A stretch of 64,000 nucleotides of DNA, taken from positions 25,482,001 through 25,546,000 of the forward strand of contig OZ281499.1 in NCBI GenBank assembly GCA_965637545.1. Reading direction: 5' to 3'. A program made the translations under genes and the position numbers. This document shows, piece after piece, positions 1 through 14,200 of this stretch. The number at the start of each line of letters is the position of its first letter. The first letter of the stretch is position 1. Under the pieces are notes generated by a model that worked only from the letters and a program-made list of their open reading frames with translations, was not told the DNA's origin and searched no databases. The DNA is from Phallusia mammillata (taxonomy: Eukaryota).

Positions 1-3000
1 AACCACCCCTAAACGGGAGACCAAGCGTGGCATACAAGTTATGCCGGTGCCTGCCAGCAATGAAACTAGTGGCGATGCCCCTTCGTGGCTTAAAAACTTG
101 AGGAATCGGAACTCACAGAAAAAGCCAGTTGGTGCGATGAGTGTTTCTCCGAGTCGAGATGAAGAAGCACCAGCCGAGACGACACAAACCACTGCTCCTG
201 CGTGGTTGTCACAGTTGAAAAAGACCAAATCAGGGTCTCAAATTGTGCCGGGACGCCCTTCGGTCCCAGTAACATCACCAAAACCGGGATCCACAAAGTC
301 AATGACGTCACCCACCCTTAACCATGCCCCAGCTAGGCCCCCTACCCCGGAAAAGCTGGGTGAAAAAGCCCCAGTAGCAGCAGCTGCTATACAGGAAAAA
401 CAAGAACCAGATACGAAGGTAATATTAATGTTAATGTTATTTATATAAATTGATCTTTCACTTCTTTTCTGGAATAAAATACTAACCAATAAAATACTAA
501 AACAACTTTTGCTTTGCAGATGTAATTTTAATTAAACACCACTTTTCCCTTCTATTAGCAAATCAACCTTATATTTCTATCTGCTGTTGTGTTTTATCAT
601 TTTATCTGCAGATTTGAAAGCATTTACATGTAATTTGCACAATTAACTTCTTGCAGCTAAGACTTAATCCTTTATTTCTCAAACTGCATGAAAAACTGCA
701 GTTGTATTTTTGAAATTAATTTCTTCCTGACACCAACTTATTACACCTTTTTCTCCATTCTTTTAACTTCGAAAATCATATTTTTGTGATGTTACTTCGT
801 GCAATTAAATATCTTCCTCTTTACTAATCCTATTTTTGCAGCAATAAGGTTCATTGTTAGTTTATACTCTTGCAGATATATTTTCATGTACAATATTGTT
901 TTGCCTGTAAGTCCTTGTTCGCGCAAACTAACATGCTTGTTTAATATATTTAACGTTTTTTTGTTGGACTGGCCAGCATGAAATTATTTTACCTATTTTT
1001 ACTTTATTTTTGTTTAAATGTGTTATTTTATTAATTTTGGATGTTTTTTTATTTCTCATTTTTCTTATTTACACAAAGTGTAACTTGTGTGTTGTAAAAT
1101 GACATTAAACTAGTTTACAATTAAACATTTACTTTCATAAAACATGCCACCAAACATGTTACACCGTATGTCACATGTAAATGGCCCGTTCATACCACAA
1201 TTTTTATGCTAAAGTTCATTTCATGAAACCAACTAACTGCATGGAACGAACATTGCATATTTGTATGCAAACTGTTGCTCGCAGCAAAACACACCAGCCA
1301 CATTTTTGTCAAACAAAATTAACAATATTAAAGTCACCAAAACTAACGAACTGTTTTTATTGTAGATTTTTTGGGGGTAGCTATTTAACACAATATTCAC
1401 TTGTTATTAAATAAATACAAGCCATTAAAAACATGTGATTGGTAAAACTACATAATATTGATTGCAAATGTTAACTATTTTTTATATTACTAAGGTAAGC
1501 TCAGAGCATGTAAATGATGTCAAAACAGAGGTGGAAGTCAAAACTGTCCCCAAATCTGTGAAGGAAGCTAAACGACCACCATTTAAACATGTTGCCTTAC
1601 AGGTGAGCGGATTATGTGGGTGTTTCTTGTATTATTTCCTTGTTCAGCTCTTAAAGTAGTGAATAAATGTTTGTTTAAATTCATGTCAAGTACTTTGTCA
1701 CAATGTCCTTTAAATTGAACTTTCGTGTAATGTTTATGTTCAAGTCTTTGAAAAGTTTTTTGAAACTTTCGAGTCTTTGAAAAGTTTTTTGAAATGTAAT
1801 TGTAGAATGACCACTGTTTTTCCTAGTTTTTGTCTACCTTTTCTTCAAGACAAATGTTGACTGAAAATAAACTCTTTGGGATTATTAAACTATTTAATAT
1901 ACTTTATCTTTACTTAATATATTCATAATGTTACATAATCTATTCATAAAGCAAGTTTTCATCAAGATATTAAAAAGAGATAATTAAAAACCTTTCCATT
2001 ATTGTAACTAACTTGTTGTCACACAACATTTTTTTCAGTCCTTTCAACTTTAAGTTATGGTATAAGAGGCTTCTCAATCTTTTTGTTGCGACCCAAACTG
2101 TGGCAACATTTTACATAGCTCTCCTGTAATGTCAGATATGTTAAGTAACAACTTTTTGCGGCAAGACGTGTTAAAATGTAAAACAAATTTGCATTAAATT
2201 TGGTGATCAGTTATCAAGGGCTTTGTGGACTGACACTGTAATTGACGACCCATCAAAATCAAACAACAACTCATTTCGGGCTGAGATCCAGGGATTAAGA
2301 GGCACTGCTTTGCGCACTTTTTAATAAGTTACGGTTAACATAAAGCAGTACTTTTACTTAAAGTTACATAAAGATGTTATATCAGCAAAATATATATTTT
2401 TATATATTTTTCAAAAAATATATACTGTACTTTTTAAAAGCACTGATTTAGGTAATTAATTTATTGGTTAACCACATCTTTAATGTGTCCATTTTCAGCC
2501 TCCAAGGCAGTCTGAGAAGAAGCCTGTGCCATCTGCATCGAGCAAACCGAAACCTCCCCCTCCGAAAGCCAAACCGATGCTGCCTGGAGCAAAACCTGTT
2601 GGTCCAGCCAGTAGTTCCACACTCGATGAACTGAAGGAGGAAATGAAATTGCTGAAGGATGCATTTGCTGCCATGCAAGCTGAAAACAAGTAGGTTATGC
2701 TGGGAAATTCTCAGTGATCGCAAGTGATCTGTGTGATTGTTAAGCTAGGGCCTCAATTCCATGTGTAAATACAATACATATATATATGAAAACCTAGGTT
2801 GATCATACTTCTTCGCTAGTGTGGACGTGTCCCTCATTCTAAAAAAAATTGCCCAAATGTCCTACTTTTTGAATTTGCTAAATATATAAATAACAATTAT
2901 TCCTTTAAAAACAGATGAAAGTGCACCCTTAGCATAACTAACCGATGTTTATTGTTAGTCATGAGTATTGTTGATTAAAATTAACAATTTTTCAAATATA

Positions 3001-3864
3001 TTATGCTTTCATTTTTTTATTGGGTGCAAAGTAGTTGTTAATATTCTTTGTCAAGAATGAAAATATGGTAGGCATATGGAAACTGTATTAGCAAGCAACG
3101 CTGACTTTAACTTAATTAAGATGCTTTATGATTCCCTGGTATGTTTTTTTTCACATTGTTTGTGAATTTTAAAATATGCATTAACTTGGTCACAGTGATC
3201 CAGTTGATATACTTTGACACAGTACCTATTGAGTGTCATGCTGCCGAAAAATGTATGTCATGCTGCCGAATAAGTGTCAGGGCCTGTTCAAACACAAATT
3301 AAAAGTATGTTTTTAATACGATGTTTGTTATAGTTTCTTACATTTTTTTTATTGTTCACAGGAGAGAAATTGCAAAACTATCTGCAGATTTGGAAGAAGA
3401 GCGAAGTCAAAGAATGATTTTGCAGGTTTGTTGATTTCACAAACATCAGCATAAAAATCAATACATACATGTTCAGTACCCCAACCTAGTTGTTCTTTTA
3501 TATTGACATCAACAAGAAAACCTCTATAGTAGGTTTAATAGGAAAACATTTCATTCACAATTTTTGGGAACTTTGCAAAACTTCAAAAAACTTTAAAAAA
3601 AATTGTGCCATGGAATAAAAAAAAATATATATATATATTTTTAAGCCTGCATGTTTAGTATCCAAACCTATTTGTTCTTTTATGTTGAGGTCAGCATAAA
3701 AAATTTACTGTAGTTTGTACATACAGAACCATTTTTGCTGTAAACATTGTCAAAAAATTTTTTAGCGACTTGACAAAACTTAAAAAAATTTAAGCCGTGA
3801 AATGAAAAATACTAACAATAAAATATATTTTCAGGCTGAGGTGAAGAGACTTGGGAGTTTATAA
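1..3864 (+). CDS. SH3KBP1: 3' part of a CIN85/CD2AP-family adaptor (Pro-rich region plus C-terminal coiled coil); 5' end outside window
   Basis: Exons <1-418, 1495-1602, 2499-2689, 3362-3425, 3835-3864 join in frame via GT-AG. Pro/Lys-rich PxxP segments, then ...LDELKEEMKLLKDAFAAMQAENKREIAKLSADLEEERSQRMILQAEVKRLGSL*, resembling from memory the CIN85/CD2AP C-terminal coiled coil. SH3 domains are not in the window, so SH3KBP1 versus CD2AP orthology is unresolved. Confidence 0.6.
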
Positions 3865-4296
3865 ACAATCAATCATCTTTGGAATTCCTTGAGTGCATCG
3901 CTTCGTACAAATGTTTGAAGAAGTTGCCCCTTCCCCATCGCACCTCGACATAAAGAACTTTTACAACCAACTACTTACAGATGTTTTATTTTAACTTCAC
4001 CCTAAAACCCCTAATTGCAGCAAAATTCCTTGAGAAGCTCGTTGAAACTTTTTGCCCACTACTCACTTTTTAGATTTGGCAGTGTGCCAAATTTTACCAC
4101 CGAAATCATTTTTAGACAAAGTTTATTGTGGTTTTACAAATTTATTCGATGCTGTTTTGGACTCATCTTAATTTTACAAACTTTCTGGCCATCCACAGCT
4201 ATGCAACCCCCTCACACAATACCACTGAAAATCACCAAAATCTTGGAATAGTAAAGTTCAAAATCTAACTCAACCAAAAGTTATTATCTCCTATTG

Positions 4297-5302
4297 TTAC
4301 GTCATAGTATTCTCATTGTTTACTCGAATTCAGAACTTTTAAAGACATGACTTTAAACGCTTTTATTCAACGCCATAACGTCACAGTGGTACGTATGACG
4401 TAACAACAAGATTACGTCATAACGCTTGCATTATCATCGAATGCGTACGAGTGACGTTTATGCAAATCACGAAAGTTATGGAGGCGCAGTGCTCTTTGGC
4501 GACACCTTATGTACCGGATATTGTCACGTGATTGCTCCATTTTTAATGACGCACTTATTAAAATTTTCTATGACGTAAGCAAACGTCACAAGCACTTGAA
4601 AAAAGCTGCGGATTGTGAGCACGAATGGGAACAACTTGCTCGAACAGTTCGAACGCTTTAATCCTCAACAGAAGTTGTCTTGTTTCTGTTCATTGTAAAC
4701 CTGTAGATAGACATCATATACGCTTGTTGCACGGTCCCGACAATCGAAACATCTCCAACCATTGTGTCAATACGTGCCGTTGCGTAGCAACCTACTCTCC
4801 CCACACCGCCACCTAACGGTCTCATCAAGTGCACAGTGACGCGTTCGTTTGAATGGCGTCACTGAGAATGTTTTGTGCCTTTGAGAAATTGGGTTTTTGC
4901 ACAAACCCCAGGCAAATGTGACGTCATGATACGTTGAGCTGACGTCATTGTGACGTATGAAACATTGACGTATTGTTGTTGCTGCTCATTCCAATTTAGC
5001 AGTGATCTGTTTGTTTTTTCTTCTTAGCTCGTACGTAACTTTTATTGACATGTCGTATAATTAGTGTTAACCTGATGCGATCTTCTAACCCCTGGGTGAC
5101 GCTTGTCGTTTCTACGTCATAACATACATTCGACGGCTTTTGCTTTTATTTCGCCAAAGTTTGAAATCAACAAATGAGGGCCAAACTGAAGTTTCATGAA
5201 ATTTTCATCGGATAAATCATTCCCCAACTCATCCACTGTTGTCCAATCATTCGTCTGAAGTTTCGAACATAAACAAGTGTTTCCTTTTTGCTTGTGACGT
5301 AA
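4297..5302. promoter_or_regulatory. CpG-rich intergenic block with a dense CRE/ATF (TGACG) motif cluster, one GTCACGTGAT E-box and one X-box-like palindrome
   Basis: About 17 TGACG/CGTCA sites counted by eye, including full TGACGTCA at 4919-4926 and 4940-4947 and several TGACGTAA/TTACGTCA. GTCACGTGAT at ~4523; GTTGCGTAGCAAC at 4779-4791. Confidence 0.55.
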
Positions 5303-7812
5303 CAATGAATAGCGGGTTTATCAAATGTTTCTGCTAATCCGAACAAATAGTTGTATATTGGCGAATTTGTTTGTTTTTATCGTTTTGCCTGATTCGCGTT
5401 TAAGCAATGAACAGGCTACACGTGTTATAATATTATTATTGTTTATTATTATCGATACAAAAAGCTTTCATATGATACACGTTGTGTTGTTTGGAGATTT
5501 TGTTGAGACCTCATTGACACAACTAACAGAAGAAGAATTGATCCATAGAGGTAACAACAGAAGGTCAGATAAAAAAGTTTAGGGTCGTGGTGCACACGAG
5601 AGCATAACAAATCTGACTCTGTACACCTGTGGTACAAACTGAAAAACGTCTCAAAAATTGAAAATCATTTGCGCAACAGAACTAAATGTTGTAATTTCCA
5701 AGTTGCTTTGAAATTAAGATTTTATGGTGTTGGGTAGAGTTTCTGTTTCGGTGGTCGTTGTTTACTTACCTAAATTATTCAACCGGCTGGAATCCATCCA
5801 TGTTGTCAAACCCAGTCGCGTTGCCGTTAGCGCCACTCGTTTCTCCAATGAGATTCTCAGGCCCCTTTCTCTTTAGCGTATGCTCAACCGCGAGGTTTTC
5901 GCTGTTGTGTCATGTGGCACTATGCTTGTCGTGTTCAAGTGCACGCGAACAAAATAAAATACGGTACAAAATAATCATTTATAGGACACAAAACGGAAAA
6001 AAATCTTGCCCCCTGACTTTGTCATTATTGGCATATCCCAAATATTTGAATTATCGTAATAAAAGAAGTATCTTTCTCCAAATTTTTTTCTTTTGGCTGA
6101 AACTTTCGCGAAAAACTTTAAGGGTTGCCAAATTATTGACACAAAAATAAAATCAACGAAAAAGTCCAAAACGAGTTGCTGCTTAGGGGATTTTGTTGTT
6201 GGTGACAACGCGTTGAAATGTCAATCAAGTTTTTGCTGGGTTTTGGTTTCGTTGCAAGCTGAATTACAAAAAAATACATTACGTAGTTGCAGTTGCGGCA
6301 AAGTTATTTGCATTAAGCAGAGTATGAATGCCTTATAGTAGCAATTTTGGTGAAGTTTGTAACGTTTTCTTATTGAAACACCTTTTTCTGTAACTAAATC
6401 TAAAAGTTTTGAAGGAAAAACAATCTTTGGAAAGGCAGGAGGTTTCTTGACTGCAAATAAATTTTGCTTGGAAAAATCTCCAATTGTTTTTCTTTTTAAT
6501 CGAGTTTTTTAAGTTGTGATATTGTACCAGTTTATTTGTGAACAGCAACATGCTTTATTAACCAAATTTAATGGATTTTGGCCATACTATTTACATTTAA
6601 CTTTCAAGACCTAAGCCACAAACATAATATTTGTCGGACTACTGCACTTATCTTAAGTTGAAATCATTTTGTATGCTGAAATCTTTTAAGATTCATGCAT
6701 AAATAGTTTTTTTTACTTTTGACTAATGTTCACTTTTAATAAAATACCAGGACTTTGAATAAGGCTTTACTTGACACAAGACCTAAACCTAGTATTATGT
6801 GACTCGTTAAGAGGTTGAACCATCTAAAGTAACACTGGTCCTATGCATTCATTATTAATTTTACTTTAATCTGGGTGCATTGCAAAAAAGGCTGCAAGTT
6901 TTATATGGATTTTGTCATATTGTCATCACAATCAGCATAACATTTTGAGTTAAGTTTATTTTGCTTGGTAAAAGCACACATAGTTTCACATCGGCAATGA
7001 ACAATTACCAAGCTGTATATAACAGTCTGCAGAACATCGTAGCTCCCGACGAGATCTCTGGTGTGTAGGACCAACAAGGTCCAGGTGCATGCGTGCATAG
7101 CCCCTAAATTCGTGTGCAAGACCAATATCAGCAGGACAATTAAATGACCTCGAAGCAAAAGTTCTGGCATGCAAACCCCAAAAATTGGTGTGCAAACATT
7201 TTTTTTTAAATAAAAATGCGTGCAGCTGCCATACTCTCCAGACTGGGGTATATAGCTGCACAACGTTGAACATAATAGAGCCCAAAATAGTGAATGGCAC
7301 AATTGGTGAATAATGACTGAATGACCACCAAAGTAACAAAAGAAACCCTGGCAGATTTTATGACATATAATTGAGTGCAAACTTATGCTACATAAAAATG
7401 TATTTTTGACTTGTTTTGTCATAAGTCTCAGTTTCATTAATTGTCATGTACTTTTGTGTTTTGTCAATTGAGAAAACCAGTGACTGACACTATTGTTCAT
7501 GACACTCTTGTCTTTGTGAAGCAACAAGGCTTGGTTGTTCCTATTGTTTTGAAGAATGTCCAGCGTGTGTTATTGGTGTCAAGTTACTGACAGAATCCTC
7601 TTTGGCACTGATTTAAATACCTCGATGGCTGACTTGAGTTTTAGTACTGATTTGCTGGCCCTATATTAATATTGTGTTTGGCAGTTGTTTTTGTTTGTTT
7701 CATTTTTATCCTGTGTGGGTGGGCAACGCCTGAATCTGTTATGCTCACAATGAGTCCGTCGTCGAGTCCCTTGATCATTTTTAGTTTGATTTTTTCGACT
7801 TAGACAGTTGAT

Positions 7813-7947
7813 GACTTCAATTTAGTTCAACCCATCGGGAACCACTGGGTTGGAGCAATGTCGCTTAAGTTTCTTGCTCAGGGAAACACAATCGACCGAA
7901 ATAGGATTAGAACCAATGACTTTGTGATCAAAAGCTAACCACTTGGC
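7813..7947 (-). mobile_element. tRNA-derived SINE family B, degenerate copy
   Basis: Aligns by eye with 45650-45790. On the minus strand there is a box-B-like GGTTCTAATCC followed by GTGTTTCCCTGAGCAAGAAACTTAAG, a typical SINE body segment. Confidence 0.6.
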
Positions 7948-8287
7948 AGTTTTAGGCAGAATAAAAAAATATTTTTGATGTTAGCAACAGAAGAACAGGT
8001 TCACAATACCTAAACAACTGTTTGGGAGACAAAGTGATTTGAGCTCAGTGTCACAGTATCAATATGACAGCATTGAGCTATTACATGATTTTTGATGTTG
8101 TTTCTTATTTATATCACATTTCTTTCTTCTTATCAGTTGTGGTTTGTCACACTGTTTGTTTTATGTTTTTAACATTTTTGAAGAATAAAATGTCCCAAGC
8201 AGAAGATTAAGACTCGTTACCACTCTTTTTTTGTTTGTTGCAGGGAATTTTTAACTGGGCTTAACTTTTTTGGAACGCTGGTTTAAA

Positions 8288-11200
8288 ATGTCTGACATTG
8301 AATATGACGAGGATGGTTGGACTGCAATTCACCACTGTGTGGCAGCAGAGAAGGAGTTGTTGATGTCGATTGAAAAATTTGTCACAACTAATGAGGAATA
8401 TTTGGAAGTCGAAACCAAAGATTCTTTTCAGCGAACGCCATTTTTACTTGCAGTCGAAAGGAATAAAACTAAAAGTGTTGAAAAACTTATTGATCTGGGT
8501 AAGCTGTGTATGGCAGTAAAAACTCAAATTTGTCCACACCCAACAAGATATTGTACAAACTTTGGACTAGAATCCCCAGCTCGTTGCTTGGTGCATAAAG
8601 ACTGCAATGAACCGTATGCTTATTGATTTAAGTTATAAGCAACAACCAACAAGATATTACAAAATGATAAACAGCTATGGAATCTAAGCACTGATTATAA
8701 CATCCATTAAGCAAGAACAATGTGTAGAATAGAAACAATATGGCAGTAGGGATTTTGACATGGGTAGTTTTATGATTAATTCTAATGCCATAAAATTTTA
8801 GTCTCTTCCATATGTAAGTGTGGCCAGACACAATTTTGTTTTTATTTCTTCAGAGAAGCTGCTTCCTGTGCAAGCATGTGTTTCAAGTTTTTTTTTTATT
8901 TCCAAAGTTTACACAGCCTGATAGGTTTTGATATATCACAAGGACCGAAGTTTCGGTTGCCCGCAATGTTTTGTTGAAAACCTAAATTGTTGAGTGTATG
9001 AAATTAATGCCAGATCTTTTAATATCAACAATGTAAAGGATCATAAATAAACAAATTGTTGTATCAAAAAAATGAGTTGTCTGCAAAATAGAAGGTGTTT
9101 TAGAGTGCCAAAAATTAGTTCACCTGCACCAATAACATGGGCCTAAGTTGAGAACATCCATCAGAAAGAAAAAGTTCAGTTAAAATAAGGCGAAATATAT
9201 ATACAGTTTTGGCCTGACCTTTTGAAGCAGGTTCGATACATTACACTTAACATGACTGTTTTTTAAGTTCATTCAAAGCTAAAAAGCAAACCAGTTGATC
9301 CACTATAAAATTATAAACACGATGTCATACTTTATATTTATCTCATACTGTTTTATGTTTAGGATCTCGAGTAAACGCGATTGACGCAGAAAACCATGGA
9401 GCTGTGGAAATTTGTGCAATGACGGAGAATCTTGAATTATTACATCATTTCATCGAACTTGACCTTCCTGATCTGGGTGTGTGGAAACGGATCGTAAAAT
9501 TTCTGTCAGCAAATACTGACGAAGAGGCTGAAAAGGTTTAATATCTCTCATACTTGATTTAAACATCATGAATAATATATTAGTGTATTAATACTGATTC
9601 CAGAACAATTTATTTTGTTTATATATACACAGTGTGTCTTGTTGTCATTTTAGTTTAGATGATACTTAATGTTTGTTTTTATTTAACACCAATATTCTTT
9701 TTTGTAAGTTTTTTTTTTTTTTTTTGTAAGTTTAAGTAATATTACCATTCAACATAAAAATCAAGGTTAATGATATTAGAGAGATTATTAAAGCTTAATG
9801 ACTTCAAATTTTACACAATCAATCAATCAATTTAATGTATTTGTTTCAGCTCCCACATACAATATTAAAGACAGATAACATACGAGTAAAAATTTTGAAA
9901 TAGGCGTAAAAACAAAAAGCCACAATTGGCTACTTTTACAAGCTGCCCCCACAAAGATGCCTTACTTGTAATTTTTATTCTTTAGTCTTACAAATAGTAT
10001 TATCAGTAACTGCTTTTTCCTAGATTTATTACTGGATTTGACAGACCTAAACACTATAATACTATAGTTCAAATTTACTGTACATAAAAGGGTATGACTG
10101 TTTGCCAAATTCTTACCATTGCTATAATGCATTATATTTGAGGCATTTTATTGCTCAAGGTAGCATAGTAACAATTTAATATTGTTACTATCTTGCAGGC
10201 GGCAATGATACTGGAGAGATTATTGAAAGACGGTCACGGCGGAGAGGCAGAGTGTGACAACCCTCACTGGGAACCGTTTGTTCAAGCTGGAGGGATCCCG
10301 GCCATTGTTAAGGTTTGTGTTAAGTAGCTTTAGTGCTCTTGAAAGCAATTGTCGTCTGACATGTGAAGTGTGGATTTGTGACATAACAAAGCTTTTCAAA
10401 ATCACACTTTGTTGTTGTTGTTACAAACAGGATTTTAGGAGTTTTGTTTTGTATTTTGCCAAATCTGGTTTGAATGGGAATTAACTTTGTAAAATAACAG
10501 TCTATTATGATAATGTAACACTAAAAACACATAAATACACAGATAATACTCCTGGGCTTGATAATGGGCACATATAGCAGTACATTCAAAATTACATCCA
10601 TATATATTTGCTACTGTAAACCTGGGTTAATCCAGATAGGTTTGAACCAAAAAATTGTCCAGATTATATCAAGATCCGGTTTATTTGATGTCTAAAGTTG
10701 AGGCCCTACCACATTACAAATCATTGTATTTCAAGTTTTGCCTGAATTAAGCGAAAATTATTAAACGAGTCCAGTTTAACCGAGGTATACTGTAGCTGCA
10801 AGTGGCAAATAGAATAATATTTCGTATTTAGATTTTGTCATCATGTTTTAATAAAAAAAATGATTTTTTCATTAAGCACAAATACCTTGGTATTTATTTA
10901 TTTAATATAAAACAAAAAAAGATATACTTCCTTTGTTATTTGTAGGTCTGTAAGTCTTCAGCCTCGGACAGGGTGAAAGCAATCAATATAATGGCACTGA
11001 GTCACATGATCCGTAATTTCAATGTTCCTCAACAGCTGGCGAAAGCTGGTGGGATTAAAGCCCTCATATCAATTATCAGTCGAGGAAATAGGGACGCTTG
11101 TGGCCCTGCGTTAAGTATTCTTCAAGTAACAGCAGCCACTTCATCAGACCTTGCAACACAAGTGCATGATGCTGGGCTTGTTCAAATTGCTGTAAAACTT

Positions 11201-14200
11201 CTAAACAACCCAGAAAGGCTGCCAGTTAACGCCTTGTCAAATGCAGTTTTAGCTATCGGTTGTATCGCTGAAGTTTCAGAGGCATTGCAAAAGGCAGTTG
11301 GAGCCGTGAAGGGGATTTTTGAAGTCTTGCACAGTTTGTTTGAACACCATGAATACCAAACATGCGTCGAACTTTTGATGTCTCTTACAAAGACAGTGGG
11401 AAAGATTGTTGCCAATAACAACGAGAACCAGAACACTTGTATAGATGCTGGAGGCGCTTCACCACTTATCATGGTGTCAAGAGCAAGCAAGTACAGAGAA
11501 CTGCAGACCAATGCCATTAATGTAAGTAGATTTAAATTTATTTGCAAAATGATTGTGTGAAATTTGTTTACCACTTTAAACGAACATAATATTTCTTGTG
11601 TTGATGTTATTTTTTGTTGTTTGTTGATTATGCATTTAATAATCATACTGTTAAAAATTGAAAGCACTATTTTTTCTGTTTGGCAAGAACTGAAACATTA
11701 AAGACAATATTTGGGTTCTTTAGTATCTCTTTCTAGATACACATCTCCTATGCAACTTTTTACTAAAATTAGACATTGTTGCTTGTTTTTGTCTGATACG
11801 TATTAATTCTGTTCTAGCATTGTGTTAAATATAACTTCCTTAAAAGTTTTTAAAGTGGATTTTATTTCCAATAATTTGCAAGCTTTGTGAAAAACTGTTT
11901 TGTAAAATATAAGTACGAAATACTGCAAATGCAAATTCATGTTTCCATTTTAGAGCATTTATCTTCTTTCACTCAACAACCCTTATGCTGCCAAACATAT
12001 CTTAGAGGAGGGAGCTGTAATGCCGCTGATGCAGATACTGAAGAAGAGTAGAGCTCTGGCTCTTCAGGAAGCGATCGCTTTGACTTTGTGGTCGTTGGCT
12101 GGTCTCGATATCAATGAAAAGCGATCAATGGCATCCATGATGGGTTGGTTAAAAAAAATATTTAAATGATTATTTGTCAGAACTTGCCAATACACTTTGA
12201 TTTTGGTATTGTTTTATCTAGCATTTTTTTGTTTATTACTTATTATATTGTGTTGTTAAGATCAATGTAAATTGAACATTATGGAAATTACATTTTTTAA
12301 AGTGTTTGACTACATCATGATTAGAGACATGTGTTTTTACTCTTGAATACTGTGTAAGAAATCCTGCACTAGTTCCTGTGTTTTTCAGGTGCCAACCTAC
12401 TGATTGAGTTTCTTGGTGCAGCAGGACCACATGCTGACAACTTAAACTACATCGGAGCTGAAGGATTAGGTGAGTTATAACTTGTTCTACAGTATACCGT
12501 GCTAATTTGTTATCACTTCCAGAATCAGTGCTACCCAAATGAATGCAACAACACCACTAACAGCAAATCCTCATTAAATACAAATAATTATTTGGTTTTT
12601 TATCTATCTAACTTGTAAATCCGACACATTGTAATTGTTAAAAATTGCTAAACAAACCTTTTTTTCCACAAGTTAACTTATTTCCGAAAATATTTTTTGC
12701 TTATTTTAGGAATGACTAAACACAGTTTAGTATGTCACATTCAAAATTAAAATAATACTGTATTTATATTCTGTGCCAACAATCGAACTGTAAAAAATTT
12801 AATCACTTATCAGCAGTGGACTGCCATGTGCCAGAGGTGGCCTGTGGCAGCCTAATGCACATATTTGCCCTCTTAAAACACAACAAAGATAGAACATTAG
12901 TCACACTTTAGCTACAAACAACAAACTTTTGATTAAATACAGGTTTTTAATATTCCTGCGACTGCATTTTTAGAATGAATTAAGTGATTGATTGATGTTT
13001 TTAAAAAACTGCCAGAAAATCATGTGTTGTTCTATTGTCAGGTGTTTTGGCACAGGGAGCACATAACAAACAAATGGCTATTGCTGAAGCAAATGGAATT
13101 CAGCCGTTGGTGCGACAACTTCGTTCGTCAAACTCAAATGTTGTCACTTCGGTGATACGAGCTCTTCGGCATTTGTGTGTAGGCATTGGTAAGCTCCATA
13201 TTTACAATGTGGGAAAAAATTGGGTTTAAAATTAAAAAATGTGGTTATTTTTACACATTTATGTTTGATTTGATTTTCACTAGAAAAAAGACATTGTAAC
13301 ATTGATTAAATATATATATTTATCGTAGGTCATTAACATAATGTCATGTCATTCCACCATAGCTTATTTTAAACTGACTCATCAACATGTAAAACTTTAA
13401 CAATGTGTATTTTTCGCTTTTTTACAGTTTTCTGTACCAACATTAAGAATACCTAAGTTTGGTATCACATGTGCACCATCATCATTTGCGACTTTGTTAC
13501 AAGTCAATTAAAAAGTTTAAATGCTTCTAAAACTTTGCAATTATCTAGTACGTGCTAATACAAAACACATAATAATAAATAGCCCTGGTAACTTTCCAGC
13601 TTTTGTTAGAACGTAAAGTTGTGAAAATGGTTTGAAGGAAAAATTTGTGTTGTTAGGTTATGTGACAAACACGGACAACCAATCAACAGTTGCTCAATCC
13701 CGAGGTCTCAAGTTTCTCGTCGCACTGATGGCCCACTCGAGGGCAGAAATGATTCAAGTTGAATCTGCAATAACTCTCGGAGCTATTTCTCTGGGTAAGC
13801 TTTGTTTGTGATAAGATTTTTATTATCACTTTATTTGTACTAGGTTTCATCTTGGCAGGTATGCATACTTTCTGATGGTGTACTGATGTTTTCTTTAAAT
13901 AAAGAAACGTCTTTGTTACGAACATTCAACTGACCTATATAGTTGTGAATAATGACTCTCTTTTATTATCAAATTTTGCCTTGTATGTTACCGACAATGG
14001 CCAGAATTTTGAGTAATTTGCCGACCTGTGGATTTTTCTTGATTGTATAAATATAGTGTCAGAAATTCTAACTGATTTGTGTTTGATATTATCAAAGTAA
14101 AATGTATGCTGGTTTTACAAACAGACTGCGAGTAACAAACGGCCCAATTTGTTGGCATTTAGTCCATTTTTTTCCATTGTTTACGATTATCCCTTTTTAA

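Noticed and set aside
3440-3830. Degenerate ~181-bp intronic duplication; also 32-bp doublets at ~1742 and ~23236
   Set aside because: Ordinary local slippage or duplication with no sign of function.
5150-5550. Exon-like stretches (minus TNDWTTVDELGNDLSDENF...; plus MIHVVLFGDFVETSLTQLTEEELIHR|gt)
   Set aside because: They cannot be joined into a gene model, and the in-frame stop before the ANKAR ATG excludes them as its coding exons; RNA-seq is needed.
6830-7440. 178-aa and 117-aa minus-strand ORFs and a GTGCAGCT/AGCTGCAC inverted octamer
   Set aside because: No recognisable protein motif or splice context; perhaps a decayed repeat, but I cannot support a call.
11182-11667. 161-aa minus-strand ORF (likewise 62407-62941, 61696-62067, 49750-50070, 56094-56330)
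   Set aside because: Antisense shadows of real exons with no recognisable domain.
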